This document shows positions 1 through 12,887 of a DNA stretch of 64,000 bases, one piece after another (position 1 is the first letter of the stretch; the number at the start of each line of letters is the position of its first letter). Source of the stretch: Octopus sinensis (Eukaryota); NCBI RefSeq assembly GCF_006345805.1, contig NC_043014.1, positions 47,430,001 to 47,494,000 on the forward strand, given 5' to 3'. The notes under the pieces were generated by a model. It did not search any database, had not been told where the DNA came from, and saw only the letters and a list, made by a program, of their open reading frames with translations. The position numbers and the translations under genes are program-made.

Positions 1-500
1 TTTGGGGGAGGGGGCCAGTCAGATAGTGGATAGTTTGTTCCATTCTTTGCACAACTCTGTACATGAAAGAAAGTGTTTCTGAAAGTCATGGATGTTGTGA
101 TGCTTTTTTGATTTTATAAGCATATCCATAAGTTGTAGAGATTTTGAATTTAAAGGTAGTCAAAGTTGTGGGAAAGATGGTGGATAATTTTGTGGCTTCT
201 ACCATATCAATTGCTAAATATTGAAGCTTTAGTGTATAGATGCTTAGAGAAGCAATATGTTCAAGATATGCAATCCCCTGTCAGTCACTTACCATATCTC
301 TGGACAGCTTCCAGCAGATTGGTATTCTGGGCAAGATGGAAGTTCAGCCAGCTGTATATATATATATATATATATATATATCTTTAAAAAGCTGGTGAGC
401 AGCCGGCGAAGGTATAATTCTCTAGAATTATTATTTTGATTCCAAAATTGTTTATGGAATTGTTGGAAGAGAGACACTTCCTCCAAGGAGAGGAAGTAGA
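1..500 (-). mobile_element. Degraded CR1-type LINE, RT C-terminal region
   Basis: Minus-strand fragments read like GYAYKIKKHHNIHDF...RVV...WNKL, similar to the CR1 3' end at 63400-63735. Interrupted by (TA)n, stops and frameshifts. Confidence 0.6.
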
Positions 501-1393
501 CCTGTTACAGATAAACTTTCCTGCAACAACAATTGAACTTAACACTACATCATGGTCACTCGTGTTGCTGTGAAGTGGACTGGACTACAGGCTGACAGAC
601 TATGTCCTCAGTGATACTTATGATTAGGTAGACTTATTCTTCAAACTAAATCTCATTATAAAAAGATCCTGACATCTCTTCAACATCTTTTATTTTTCTC
701 AACTAGGGAAACCACGTAATGATAGAGCTAATAACAATGGTAATGATAGCAGATTTAATAGTAATCATGATAGCAGAGCTAATTAGTAATGATAGTAGAG
801 ATAATAGTAACCAATCATTTCCTCATGCAACTCCAAATCTTTAAGTTTTTATTATTATTATTATTATTATTATTTCCATCTTTACCACCTTCACATCACC
901 TCCACAATAACAATTACCTCTACTACCACTATCTTCACCTCCATCAACCACCACCACCACCACCACCTTCATCATCACTACTATCATCTCTATAACCACC
1001 ACTACCACCACCACCACTACAAACAACCACCCCTAATGATAACCATCACCACAACCACCAACACCACCACAACAGCCACTGCCACAGCCCATACCTGCCA
1101 ACAGAACGAAACATCACTCTACGAAAAGTTTTGCTTTGAGCCAAACAAGAAGATGCAGTGATTATGAAACAGTGAAAAAGTTGGCAGAATGTTTGAGTTG
1201 GAGATAGTGAGATTATTTAGGGCAGGGCTGCAAGGGGTAACTATTTTGACTGAAATACCTGATTTAAGGCCAGGACAGGTATATGTGGGAGAAGGTGATG
1301 CGAGTGAAGAAGTTGAGATTCGGCGGGGGTGGGGTACAGTTGTTTACGAGGAATCTAAGATTAAATAATGCCTGAATCTTGGCAATAGTAATG

Positions 1394-2010
1394 TGGTGGT
1401 GGTGGTGGCAGTTGTGGTAGAAGTGGTGATGATGATAGGAGCAGTGGAGGCAGTGGTGGTGATGGTGGGAGTGGTAGTGGTGATGGTGGCAGCAGTTGTG
1501 GTAGAGGTGGCAATGCCGGTGGTGGCAGCTGAGGTAGAAGTGGTGATGATGGTAGGGGCAGTGGTGGTTGTGGTGGTGGTGGTAGTGGTGGTGGTGGTGG
1601 TGGTGGTGGTGGTGGTGGCAGTGGTAGTGGTGATGGTGGCAGCAGTTGTGGTAGAGGTGGCAATGCCAGTGGTGGCAGTTGAGGTAGAAGTGGTGATGAT
1701 GGTAGGGGCAGTGGTGGTGGTGGCAGTGGTGGTGATAGTGGTGGTGATGGCAGTGGTAGTGGTGACGGTGGCAGCAGTTGTGGTAGAAGTGGCAATGCCA
1801 GTGGTGGCAGTTGAGGTAGAAGTGGTGATGATGGTAGGGGCAGTGGTGGTGGGGGTGGCAGTGGTAGTGGTAGTGGTGATGGTGGCAGCAGTTGTGGTAG
1901 GGGTGGCAATGCCGGTGGTGGTGGCAGTTGAGGTAGAAGTGGTTTTGGTGGTAGTGGCGGCAGTGGTGGTGATGATGGCGGTGGTAGTGGTGGTCGTGCA
2001 TCTGGTGAAG
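1394..2010. repeat. Compound (GTG)n/(GCA) repeat with a higher-order unit of ~120-150 bp
   Basis: gcagttgtggtagaggtggcaatgcc...gaggtagaagtggtgatgatggtagggg recurs 4-5 times. Confidence 0.85.
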
Positions 2011-2314
2011 CACTTGCAGAAATATGTGATGTGATGTTATAGTGAAGACAACCGGTGGGTTTTTAATGTTTGCAATAAACAAAAAAAAAAACCATCGAAT
2101 CTAAAGCAGGAACTGGCAGGGCCGTTGTCCTTTATGTTTCCGTGGACATTATTGTCTCTGGAATCAGTTGGAGAGAATAAATGATTGGTTTGTTGTAGAG
2201 TTCTCCACCACTCTAAATAACACCCATAAATTTTTGATCAATATTCTTTGTTGTGTTTAGAAATAGTTTTCACTGAACATCATCATGACCACCACCACCA
2301 ACAAGAACAGCAAC

Positions 2315-3020
2315 AACAACGCTATCACTACCACCACCACCACCACCACCATAAATAACAACACTATCACCAACACTACCAACACCATAAATAACAACAC
2401 TATCACCTACACTATCAATACCACTATCACTACCACCACCACCACCACCACCATAAATAACAACACTATCACCAACACTATCAATACCACTATCACTACC
2501 ACCACCACCACCACCATAAATAACAATACTATCACCAACACTATCAATACCACTGTCACTACCACCACCACCACCACCATAAATAACAACACTATCACCT
2601 ACACTATCAATACCACTATCACTACCACCACCACCACCACCATAAATAACAACACTATCACCAACACTATCAATACCACTATCACTACCACCACCACCAC
2701 CACCATAAATAACAATACTATCACCAACACTATCAATACCACTGTCACTACCACCACCACCACCATAAATAACAACACTATCACCTACACTATCAATACC
2801 ACCACCACCACCATAAATAACAACACTATCACCAACACTATCAATACCACTATCACTACTACCACCACCATAAATAACAACACTATCACCTATACTATCA
2901 ATACCACTATCACTACCACCATCATAAATAACAACACTATCACCACCACCACCACCACCATAAATAACAACACTATCACCAACACTACCAACACGACTAT
3001 CACTACCACCACCACCACCA
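2315..3020. repeat. ~60-bp minisatellite built on (ACC)n
   Basis: (acc)n-ataaataacaacactatcaccaacactatcaataccactatcact, about 12 copies. Confidence 0.9.
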
Positions 3021-3399
3021 TGTTCAAATACCACCACCACTATCAACAACATTATCACCACTCACCGTCTCCACCAACACCACCACCACTACCACTACCA
3101 CCATCATTTACCCAGAGAAGGGAAAGAGAATCTTATTAAGTGACCATGTAGAGAACTACTACATGGTCACTTCAAAGTGCTAGAAGTAGCAATCAGATCC
3201 CTCTCATATTACATCCTGCTGTTTTAAAACCATGTTGGAGAATGTAGTCCTTGATATTTCTCAGTCCTGATAAAGAATGGGATGGTCATAGCAGGAATTC
3301 AGGGTTTGTTTTGAGTTCAACCTCAATAACAACTGTAACCACTTTTGGCCTTTATTTCTCAAAGCATTTCACTTCAGTTTCCATATTTGAAGAAGAACT

Positions 3400-3987
3400 C
3401 CAAACCCAGAGCTGGGTGTTGTGTAGTCCCTTACACCACCCAACACCAATTTTTGTGCCGGTGGCATGTAAAATGCACCATCCGTACTTGGCCAATGCCA
3501 GCGCCGCCTTGACTGGCTTCTGTGTCAGTGGCATGTAAAAACCACCAACCGATCATGGCCGTTGCCAGCCTCCCCTGGCATCTGTGCCAGTGGCACATAA
3601 AAAGCACCATCTGTACATGGCATGTAAAAAGCACCAACCATTCATGGCTGTTGCCAGCCTACCCTGGCACCTGTGCTGGTGGCATGTAAAAAGCATCCTC
3701 TGTACGTGGCCGATGCCAGCGCTGCCTTGACTGGCTTCCGTGTCGGTGGCATGTAAAAACCACCAACCGATCGTGGCCGTTGCCAGCCTCCCCTGGCATC
3801 TGTACCAGTGGTACGTAAAAATCGCCCACTACACTCATGGAGTGGTTGGCGTTAGGAAGGGCATCCAGCTGTAGAAACCTTGCCAGATCAGACTGGAGCC
3901 TGGTGCAGCCTCCTGGCTTCCCAGACCCCAGTCGAACCGTCCAACCCATGCTAGCATGGAAAACAGACGTTAAACGATGATGATGAT
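3400..3987 (+). mobile_element. Family C retroposon (RTE-type 3' tail, (GAT)n end) with internal GTGGCA(C/T)GTAAAA subrepeats
   Basis: ggcgttaggaagggcatccagctgtagaa...catgctagcatggaaa...gatgatgat. Other copies at ~5021-5215(-), 7583-7880(-), 21900-22262(+), 27920-28225(-), 36262-36570(-), 62762-62945(-). Confidence 0.75.
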
Positions 3988-6249
3988 CGCATACATAGGT
4001 GGTCATCCATCAAACCATTGTTTGGCTGCTGATTCTCCAGTTGTGATGATGTCTTTTGCTTTCAGACATCCTTTTCCTCCATCTATAAGGATGATGAGCA
4101 CAACATAACTAAGGGCTGTATTAGTTATGATGTGTATACAATGTTGGGCTGATGTCCTCATCTTGATTGTTGCTTTCATTGCATTTCAGCTGTTGTATGC
4201 TGCAGCCTTCTTCGGGTATCTTGTGTGGAACTCGGTTGTTGTCTCAGAACTTCAGTCTAACCCTTTATTTGATCTGTCGAGGTACACTGTTCACATTCCA
4301 CTCTCTGCATTTTTTGTGACACTTTTTTTTGCTTCAGTTGATATTTTTGTGAATTACCTTAATGCCTTGCCTGGAGATTGAACCCAGAACTTCTAAGTGA
4401 CTACACTGCATTAACCAACATCTTTATATACTACATTATGCCTCTCGAGGTCGACTTTGCCTTTCATCCTTTCGGGGTCGATTAAATAAGTACCAGTTGC
4501 GTATTGGGGTCGATCTAATCAACTGGCCTCCTCCCTCAAAATTTCGGGCCCTGTGCCTAGAATAGAAAAAGAAATATAGAATTGTATTAATGTTGTGTAT
4601 TAGCTATGTATTAATTATAAGTGGCTGACCAATTTTTGGGGCCAAATTGATGCTGGTTGTGGACTTTCTCAGCTCCTCCTTCTGTTGTCAGTTGATTCAG
4701 ACACTGTGGTACCTTCTTAACAGGATTATTCACTCTTCTGTTCCCTTTTGTTTCAAACATTGTGGTACTTTCTTCATAGGGTCACCCCACTTCCTTCGGC
4801 TTCTGGTTTATTCAGACACTATGGTATTTTTCCTAATGACATTTGCGGACTCTCTTGTCGTAGACAATAGACAAGGGTTCTACAATTTCTTGCTGAACAA
4901 CTTACACAAATTACTTGTTTACAGTGTTGTATATTAGCTCACTTTCTCTATCAAATTAACATTTGTCTGAACAGATGCATAGTGTACCATGTGTCAGATG
5001 TCGAAGTGATCACAAAGCAACATCATCATCATCATCATCGTTTAACGTCTGCTTTCCATGCTAGCATGGGTTGGACGGTTTTGACTGAGGGCTGGTGAAC
5101 CAGATGGCTGCACCAGGCTCCAATCTTGATCTGACAGAGTTTCTACAGCTGGATGCCCTTCCTAACGCCAGCCACTCCGAGAGTGTAGTGGGTGCTTTTT
5201 ACGTGCCACCGGCACATGAAATGAAATGTTTTGCTCAAGAACATAATACACTCTGACAGTCTGGGAATCGAAACCATGATCCTGTGATCATGAGTGCAAC
5301 ATCCTAACCACTGGGCCATACACCCTCGTCTAATGGGGCCCACACCAGGCAGATGTCTGAAGAGTAAGACTTCTCTTCCATGACTCCGGAATGATAAAGC
5401 ATTTTAGGGAGGTGCACTAACCCCCAACTCACAGGAAGAAGGTTATTTCAGAAGTTGTTCAGTGTGACCAGGCCAGCTCTGCATAAAAGATTGTGGTTGC
5501 TGAGAAATAATTGAGGACCTCAGAGAATAGAACCTTGTCTTACAGCTAGTGCAGGTGGAATCTTTTAATCTTCTTGACACGTCTCCTTTTAAATGGTCCC
5601 TCATCTCACTGACATGCAGCAAATCTAACCGAACAGTGGCCCTGTTGACACTTGGTATGTTTATGATTGTAGAAGGAGCATTGCTATGGTACGTGCACCT
5701 GTTAGTGGTCAGTAGAGTCTGATCCTTAATTGTGCATGTGCTATATATTCCTTGTAACATAATGTATCTACGGTTACATTGGCCAGTGTAACCTTTTTTT
5801 TTATTTTTAAGGTTTGATCTGAGAGAGAGATTTTGTTGATATTTCTAATAAGTTGAGTGGCAGTGTAGCAGTTACTTCATTACTTCACTGACTTAGCATA
5901 CTGCATTGGGTGTAAAGCAAAAAGTGTGTGTGTGTGTGTGTGATCATCAATTGTTAATGTCTGTTTTCCTTGGTGGTATAGGTTGGATATAATGGGATAT
6001 ATATAACTTATATGTATAGAGTGTTGTATATAATGGATATATATAAAGGCTAAATATAAAGGTTATATAATAGGTTGTATATAAAGGGTATATATAATGG
6101 ATTATATATAAAGGGCATATATAAATGTAGGTGATAAATACATTTGTTCAACAGATTTCCATTTTGCATTATAGTGTCCTTTCTACTATCTATCGGTCTG
6201 TCTACACACACACAGATGGATGCCTTGCTATTTGCAGTCTGATGTGATC

Positions 6250-6530
6250 TTATTGTATCTCTACATTATTTACATTATTTACATTGGATGGATATGTGTT
6301 CTCATCTTGTTTGTTATTACCATAATGTTTCGGCTGATTTACTCTCCAGCCTTCATCAGGTGTCCTGGTAGAATTTTCAACCCAACTCTGGGTTCTCATT
6401 CCTAAGGTATTTTTTGCTGATGCTATTATTATTATTATTATTATTTATTCAAGGCGCTGCCTGGAATTGAACTCGTAACCTTGGGGTTAGTAGCCCATGC
6501 TCTTAACCATTATGCTATATGCCCGTGGGC
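6250..6530 (-). mobile_element. tRNA-headed SINE-like element carrying a hammerhead ribozyme core
   Basis: Minus strand: tRNA-like head with A box (TAGCATAATGG) and B box (GAGTTCAATTCC), an (AAT)n linker, then CTGATGA-A-GGCTG-loop-CAGCC-GAAAC. Confidence 0.7.
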
Positions 6531-7301
6531 AATTATAGAACAGTATTATTGTATCTCCGTTTGACACTTCCCGTTTGGATACTCTCATAGGTGTCAAGGT
6601 ATTAACTTGGCAAGTAAACTGCTGCTACAGGTGTGCTACCTCCTTGTCAAGAACCCTTAACCATAAATGACACCATCCACCTGGCTGTAAATAGGTTACA
6701 CCGTAAGCTGATGAGTATTTGGTGTGGTAAGAGGTCACAGCGAATGGGGAAGATAGTTATGGTGGTAGCAGGGATTAAATTCTGTTGAAGTTTTAATGTC
6801 ATCAAGTTACTGTTTTTAATTATTATATTATGGTGGTGATGGTGGTGGTGGTGGTGATGGTAGCGATGATGATGAAGAGGAAGATTTTATACTCTGAAAT
6901 TTTAAATATCAATAATCTAAATGGTGAATTATTGATGACATCAATAGTTTCGGTATTGATTTCCCGTAACAATGAATGCTTAGTTGAAGCTTATATCTTC
7001 ACAGTTTGTTTCTCTAAGTTTCGCATTGCTGCTACTGTCATATGTATGTATACGTATGCGTGTACAATATATATATGTATCTACGTATTTGTATGTGTAT
7101 ATATATATACCTGTGTATGTGTTCACACACACACACATCTATATCTAATAATATATTTTTTTACAGTGTATCTAGTGATTTAACCCAGTTCCCTTAATCA
7201 AATATATTGTGTGTATGTGCATGTTTGAGTGTATGTATATATGTATATAAATATATACACACACATATATATCTACATCTAATATATTCTCTCTTTTACA
7301 G

Positions 7302-7386
7302 TCTCTCTGATGGTTCGACCCGGTTTCCCAAGCTAGAAGAGTGTGCCCACTTCCATTATGACTTTGTTGAACTCGGTCAACTGCAG
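7302..7386 (+). CDS. ARHGAP32: Internal coding exon of ARHGAP32/33-like RhoGAP (PX-RICS/CdGAPr family), region just before the PX domain
   Basis: Acceptor ctcttttacAG (7300-7301) and donor CAG|GTAGAT (7387). Translates (x)LSDGSTRFPKLEECAHFHYDFVELGQLQ, matching the family motif FPKxAECAHFHYENVEFGSIQ as I recall it. Starts phase 2, ends phase 0. The upstream exon was not found in the window. ARHGAP32 vs ARHGAP33 cannot be resolved; a single invertebrate orthologue is likely. Confidence 0.9.
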
Positions 7387-7427
7387 GTAGATATTACCAC
7401 ATTGTTTTATAGAACTTACATCATTGG

Positions 7428-7459
<32 letters not shown>

Positions 7460-7894
7460 ATAATATTGTTTTATATCAGTTATATACGTTGACATACCAT
7501 TCACATACATACCCCAAAGCACCTTAAATTATATATGTATATGTGTGTATTTGTATTTATGTCTGTGTATGTAGTCTATTATGTCATCATCATCATTTAA
7601 CGTCCGTTTACCATGCTAGCATGGGTTGGACGGTTCGACTGGGGTCTGCGAAGCCAGAAGGCTGCATCAGGCCCAGTCTGATCTGGCAGTGTTTCTACAG
7701 CTGGATGCCCTTCCTAACGCCAACCACTCCATGAGTGTAGTGGATGCTTTTTACGTGCCACCGGCACAGATGCCAGTCAGGGCGGCGCTGGCTACGGCCA
7801 CGTTCGGATGGTTCTCTTACGTGCCACCAGCACTGGTATCACAGCTACAAATTCCATTGATGTTGATAGATTACGATTTTGATTTTATGTATTT

Positions 7895-8309
7895 ACTAGC
7901 AGCATAGCCCGGCGTTGCCCGGTTATGTAAGAGCCCCTAGTAGGCAACGACTAATCCCAATCTAGTCCTTTCCCTCTAGGGAACGAAGGCGCATGTGTAG
8001 GTTGCAATGTCTTCTCTTCACTCGAATACTTCTGTGTATACGATGTTCCTAGCTGTCCCTAGCTGTCGAGTTGTGTCCCCTAGACAGAAAATGTGTTGCA
8101 TATAAAAAGCTTAGATTCTCGACCCCATGTCGAATTTATTGATTTTTCTCAGAACTGGAGGAACTTTTCAAAATTTTCGCTGCGTTAGTTTTGAATTATG
8201 ACATTGGGCTATATGTGTGTCAAGTTTCATCAGAATCGGTTGAAAGCCATGGTCAGGGTGAGGGTACAACCTGACAGACACACAAACTGCCGTTTATATA
8301 GAGAGAGAT
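7895..8309 (+). mobile_element. Non-autonomous Helitron/Helentron-type element (HINE/Lep1-like)
   Basis: Begins ACTAGCAGCATAGCCCGGCGTTGCCCGG, carries caagtttcatcagaatcggttga, and ends in ACAGAC repeats plus TTTATATAGAGAGAGAT. This matches the end architecture of Helentron-derived elements. Confidence 0.6.
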
Positions 8310-8620
8310 ATCATCATCGTTATTTAACATCAGTGTTCCATGCTGGCATGAGTTGAACAGCTTGACACGATTCATCAAGCCAGGGGGCTGTGTTGAACTT
8401 CACTTTCTGCTTTGGCTGGGAACACAAAATGTGGATGAAATACGTGCGGTTCTGCTCTCATATAATTTTTCAGCAGCTTCGTAAATAGTTCTGTAGTTAG
8501 AAGAGAAATGGGAGTGTTAGGCAGATGAGTTGTGGATAAGGCTTGACACAGACAGAGCGAGCGTGGAGGTATGAACACTAACCACTTTCAGGACTTCGTT
8601 CATTTGTTAAGATGGACATA

Positions 8621-8815
8621 GGCGCAGGAGTCGCTGTGCGGTAAGTAGCTTGTTTACCAACCACATGGTTTCCAGTCCCACTGCATGGCACCTTGGACAA
8701 GTGTCTTCTACTATAGCTCGGGCCGACCAAAGCCTTGTGAGTGGATTTGGTAGACGGAAATTGAAAAGAAGCCCATCGTATATATATATATATATATATA
8801 TATCATATTGTATAT

Positions 8816-8861
<46 letters not shown>

Positions 8862-8993
8862 ATATGCTTGTGTGTGTTTGGTGTCCGTGTTGGTCCACCT
8901 AGCATTGCCTTGACACCCGATGCTGTTGTGTTTATGTCCCCGTTACTAGCGGTTCGGCAAAAGAACCGATAGGAATAAGTACTGGGCTTACAA
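8621..8993 (+). mobile_element. tRNA-derived SINE family A
   Basis: GGCGCAGGAGT(G/C)GCTGTG head, internal (TA)n/(TG)n tract, 3' end truncated at the junction with an inverted copy. Confidence 0.85.
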
Positions 8994-8995
8994 AT

Positions 8996-9323
8996 CGACC
9001 CCGGGACTATTCTTTGTAAGCCCAGTACTATTCTTCGGTCTCTTTGCCGAACCACTAAGTGACGGGGACGTAAACACACCAGTATCGGTGTCAAGCAATG
9101 CTAGAGGGAAAAACACAGGTACACAAACACACACACACACACACACATATATATACATACATATATACGACAGGCTTCTTTCAGTTTCCGTCTACCAAAT
9201 CCACTCACAAAACATTGGTCGGCCCGGGGCTATAGCAGAAGACACTTGCCCAAGATGCCACGCAGTGGGACTGAACCCGGAACCATGTGGTTGGTTAGCA
9301 AGCTACTTAACACAGCAACTCCT
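8996..9323 (-). mobile_element. SINE family A
   Basis: Reverse-complement copy adjoining 8621-8993. Confidence 0.85.
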
Positions 9324-9559
9324 CTCGCTTTTTCTCTCAACACATTTACACTTTGTCATGCATGCACACTGACATTGCACATCCAGTGAAGCATATTAGC
9401 TTAATTTCTTTCCAGTTTTTGCATGTCCTCTACACTCACGACCCATGTTTCACTACCATGTGGCATTGCTATTTGTGCACAAGCATCATACAATCACCCT
9501 CTGCATCATACATCCCCTCTGCAGCTCTGCATTTCTGAAGACAAGTGGGATGAGAAATC

Positions 9560-9800
9560 ATACAATCTGCCTTCCACTGTCAGAGAGAGAGAGAAGCCTT
9601 CATTACCAAAAGCAGTAAAAACTCTATGAATTTTCTCCAGCTGATTTTTGTTCTAGTAACTATATTTCAGAACATCCTCCTCCACTTCTAAATTGGTCAC
9701 CTAGGTAACAGAAACTATCTACTTCTAGAAATCCTTTTGGGTATTTGAGAAAATCTCATTCCTATGAAGTCTTAGTGTTTATCATTCATGTACATATGCC
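9560..9800 (-). mobile_element. RTE-clade LINE fragment
   Basis: Minus strand reads roughly LEVDSFCYLGDQFRSGGGCSE...AWRKF..LL....GFSL, the RTE segment also seen at 49400. Confidence 0.65.
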
Positions 9801-10861
9801 ACATACAAACTCTACTTTCTCTATTAACCTCTGTTTGTGATTCTTCTACACCTCTTATGTGCCCATATCTACACTGGTTACACTAAATGCAATTTGTAAC
9901 TCTACTTTTCTATATATATATCAAGCAAGGTCATTTCCTTGATAGAAGAACTGTCTGTTTTCTTGCTTGCAAGAACTTTGATCTTTGCTAATGCATATAT
10001 GCATATACATACATGTGTGTGTGTGGCTGTGTTGGTATGCAGATATGGAGTTTCCTTTGTAACCATGGGGTTTCAAGTTCTAGTTCGCTGCAGGGAACAT
10101 TTGGCAGACATCTTCTATTGTAGCTTATCAGTGGCTTGTTAACAGAATTGGTGGGTGAAAACTGCATGGAAGCCTCTTGTGTACATGTGTGTGTGTGTGT
10201 GTGTGTGTGGTTTACATTCCATGTTTTCACCTGAAAGTAGTGAGCCAAACACCGACATTAGGTTGATTATTCTGTGTCAAGCAATCACCTCCACCCTCTG
10301 CAGTTCTGCATTTCTGAAGACAAGTGGGATGAGAAATCTCTTAGTTGAACGACAGGTGAAGGTTAGCAACAGGAAGGGAATCTGACAGTAAAACAGTACC
10401 TCAATAATATTCACCCAATCCATGCTGGGAAAATGAATATAAAACGAATGAATGAACATCATATTTATCAACATCAACTTCTATCTATTCATCCATCACC
10501 TACACACACACACACATGTATTCAAATGAATATGGTACTTAAGTTAAAGGCACCAGAATTTGGTATGGTATTATCCATATAAATCAAATGGGGTGAGTAT
10601 ATTCAAAATAAGCAACAAGGATATCCAAGATAGTGTAGTACAATCGTTTCATGCTACTTCATTTTATTAAACACTGTAAGTATTACATCAGTTTTAAAAT
10701 GTTGAGCAATCTTCAGCCACATATAGAATTTTTTAATTAAACGGACAATGCACATTTTTACACTTATTTCATTTGCCAACATTACAAAGAGGGTAGATAT
10801 ATAGACAGAGAGATTAATTTCATTAAGAACATGGTGGTAGTATGTCCTTCTCTATCTGTAG

Positions 10862-10900
<39 letters not shown>

Positions 10901-12034
10901 TGTATACTGTACACTCTCTCTACATTCTTATACACCACATAACACCTCATATATTTGGTCAGTTAGGCAGCCTCTAGACGGTTACTCAGCCTTCCAAAAT
11001 ACCCGCCAAATTTTCCAATTGCATGTTTACTGTTTTAAGTATGGGAATATACACGGGACTTATATAGTTCCTCATGTACAAAAGAGACAGGATGATCATG
11101 GCTGGAACATCTTTGATTGTAGGTCTACTGGCTCTGAGCTGACCTTGGGCTAAACAACTTACCTCGTATGGCTAAGATGGTGGGGGTGCTGATGGTGCTA
11201 CAACATTCCAGTTTCTGAATAAGACAGTATTACAAACTGTTGCCATGGTTACTGTATCACGGGGGGGGGGTATTAGGGGTAGGAAGGTGGTAATTGGGAG
11301 AAACAGAATAGCTTATACAATAGTGAGTTGTGAGTTCGAATCCAGCTAATGTTAAAACCTTTCATTTCTGGAGACTAATAGTCTACATTAAGGTTTAACT
11401 CTCTCCCTTCTTATTTGTTGGCCCCTACATTATAATATATTATTATTATTATTACCATCTCTGACTCATTGTTTACCCCCTCCTCCTTCAGCACTTATCC
11501 TCCTCCCTCTCTCATTTCTTTTCTATCTGTTGCACTTACTCCCCCCCCCACCACCTAAGGTCCTGAGACAGTTTCATATCAATAAAGCCACACCTTCATC
11601 AAATGTTACAGTAGTAGTGTGGATGGAGATGGTGGTGGTGGTGGTGATGGTGGTGGTGGTGATGATGATGATGGTGGTGGTGGTGGTGGTAGTATGGTTC
11701 GTTGGTGGTGTGGCTGATGTTATACCATTTCACAGCCCAATCACATCACATCACAACCACCACCAACACCACCACCCACATTGCTATGACCAATGCCTTT
11801 AACACTACCACCCACACAACCACCTCATTATAACAATACTACTACTACTGCTATTACTACACTAATTTTGGTGAGAAATAAAATTGTGTGTGTGTGTGTA
11901 TGAATGTATGTATGTACGTGTGTGTGAGTATAGATAGATAGATATACAAACACACATATACAAGTATATAATTCTGTGTTTATATAGACATATATATCAA
12001 TCTATATATCTATATATGTGTATATATATATCTA

Positions 12035-12074
<40 letters not shown>

Positions 12075-12146
12075 CACACAGAATTATCTATCTATCTCTC
12101 TCTCTCTCTCCTCTCATCCCTCTCTCTTCTCCTCTCTCTCTCTATA

Positions 12147-12198
<52 letters not shown>

Positions 12199-12257
12199 AT
12201 ACACATACACACACACACACACATATACTATGAATTATCTCTCTGTCTATCAATCAT

Positions 12258-12290
<33 letters not shown>

Positions 12291-12887
12291 AAGATACAGG
12301 TGGTAATTTTGGCTGTTATGAAATATTTCAGTGTAATTGACTCATTGTGAGGGTCTTGTGGTGAAATGTGAGAGTGACACTGTTGACACCATCAGCACCA
12401 TCACCACCATCATCATCATCACCATCATCACCAACTTCATTATCACCACCATCACCGCCACTACCACCACCACCATCACAGCCATCACTATTGTCACTGC
12501 CGCCGTGGTGACATGCGATGATGCCATTACATGCTGCACCCCCCCCTCTTTCCAACACCGTCTCTAAATACCATTGCAACAACTAATGCAACCCCCCACC
12601 CATCCACCCACTCGCTGCTGCTGCTGCTGCTGTCGATGTTGCTGCTGCTGCTGTTGCTACAGAAATCAATACTGCTAGAATTTCCATCTCTCCGTTCTGT
12701 AAGATAATGTAGTGGAGGGGGGTGCAGAGATGTCTGTTCTGGCATTGCTTCTTTCTCACCTCTCTCTTCCCCCCCACACGCACGCGCGCGCGCTCGCGCA
12801 CACATAACACACACAGCCAGACAGTGTAAGCTAGCTGCACATTGTCTGCACTACTGCGTCACACCAGTACCGGCAGAGTACGGCACC

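Noticed and set aside
1264-3139. Long His-, Pro/Leu-, Val-, Gly- and Thr/Asn-rich ORFs (182-284 aa)
   Set aside because: They are readings of (GTG)n/(ACC)n minisatellites, open on both strands, with no splice or homology support.
5350-5760. 105-aa minus-strand ORF (5443-5760)
   Set aside because: No recognisable motif; possibly an old LINE fragment but too degraded to call.
5772-5793. 22-bp near-perfect palindrome GGTTACATTGGCCAGTGTAACC
   Set aside because: Adjoins a fragment of a dispersed repeat family; nothing indicates a locus-specific role.
6452-6530. tRNA gene (also SINE heads at 17057, 26039, 55049, 61102 and others)
   Set aside because: A and B boxes are present but acceptor and T stems are broken and each head continues into a repeat body; these are SINE heads.
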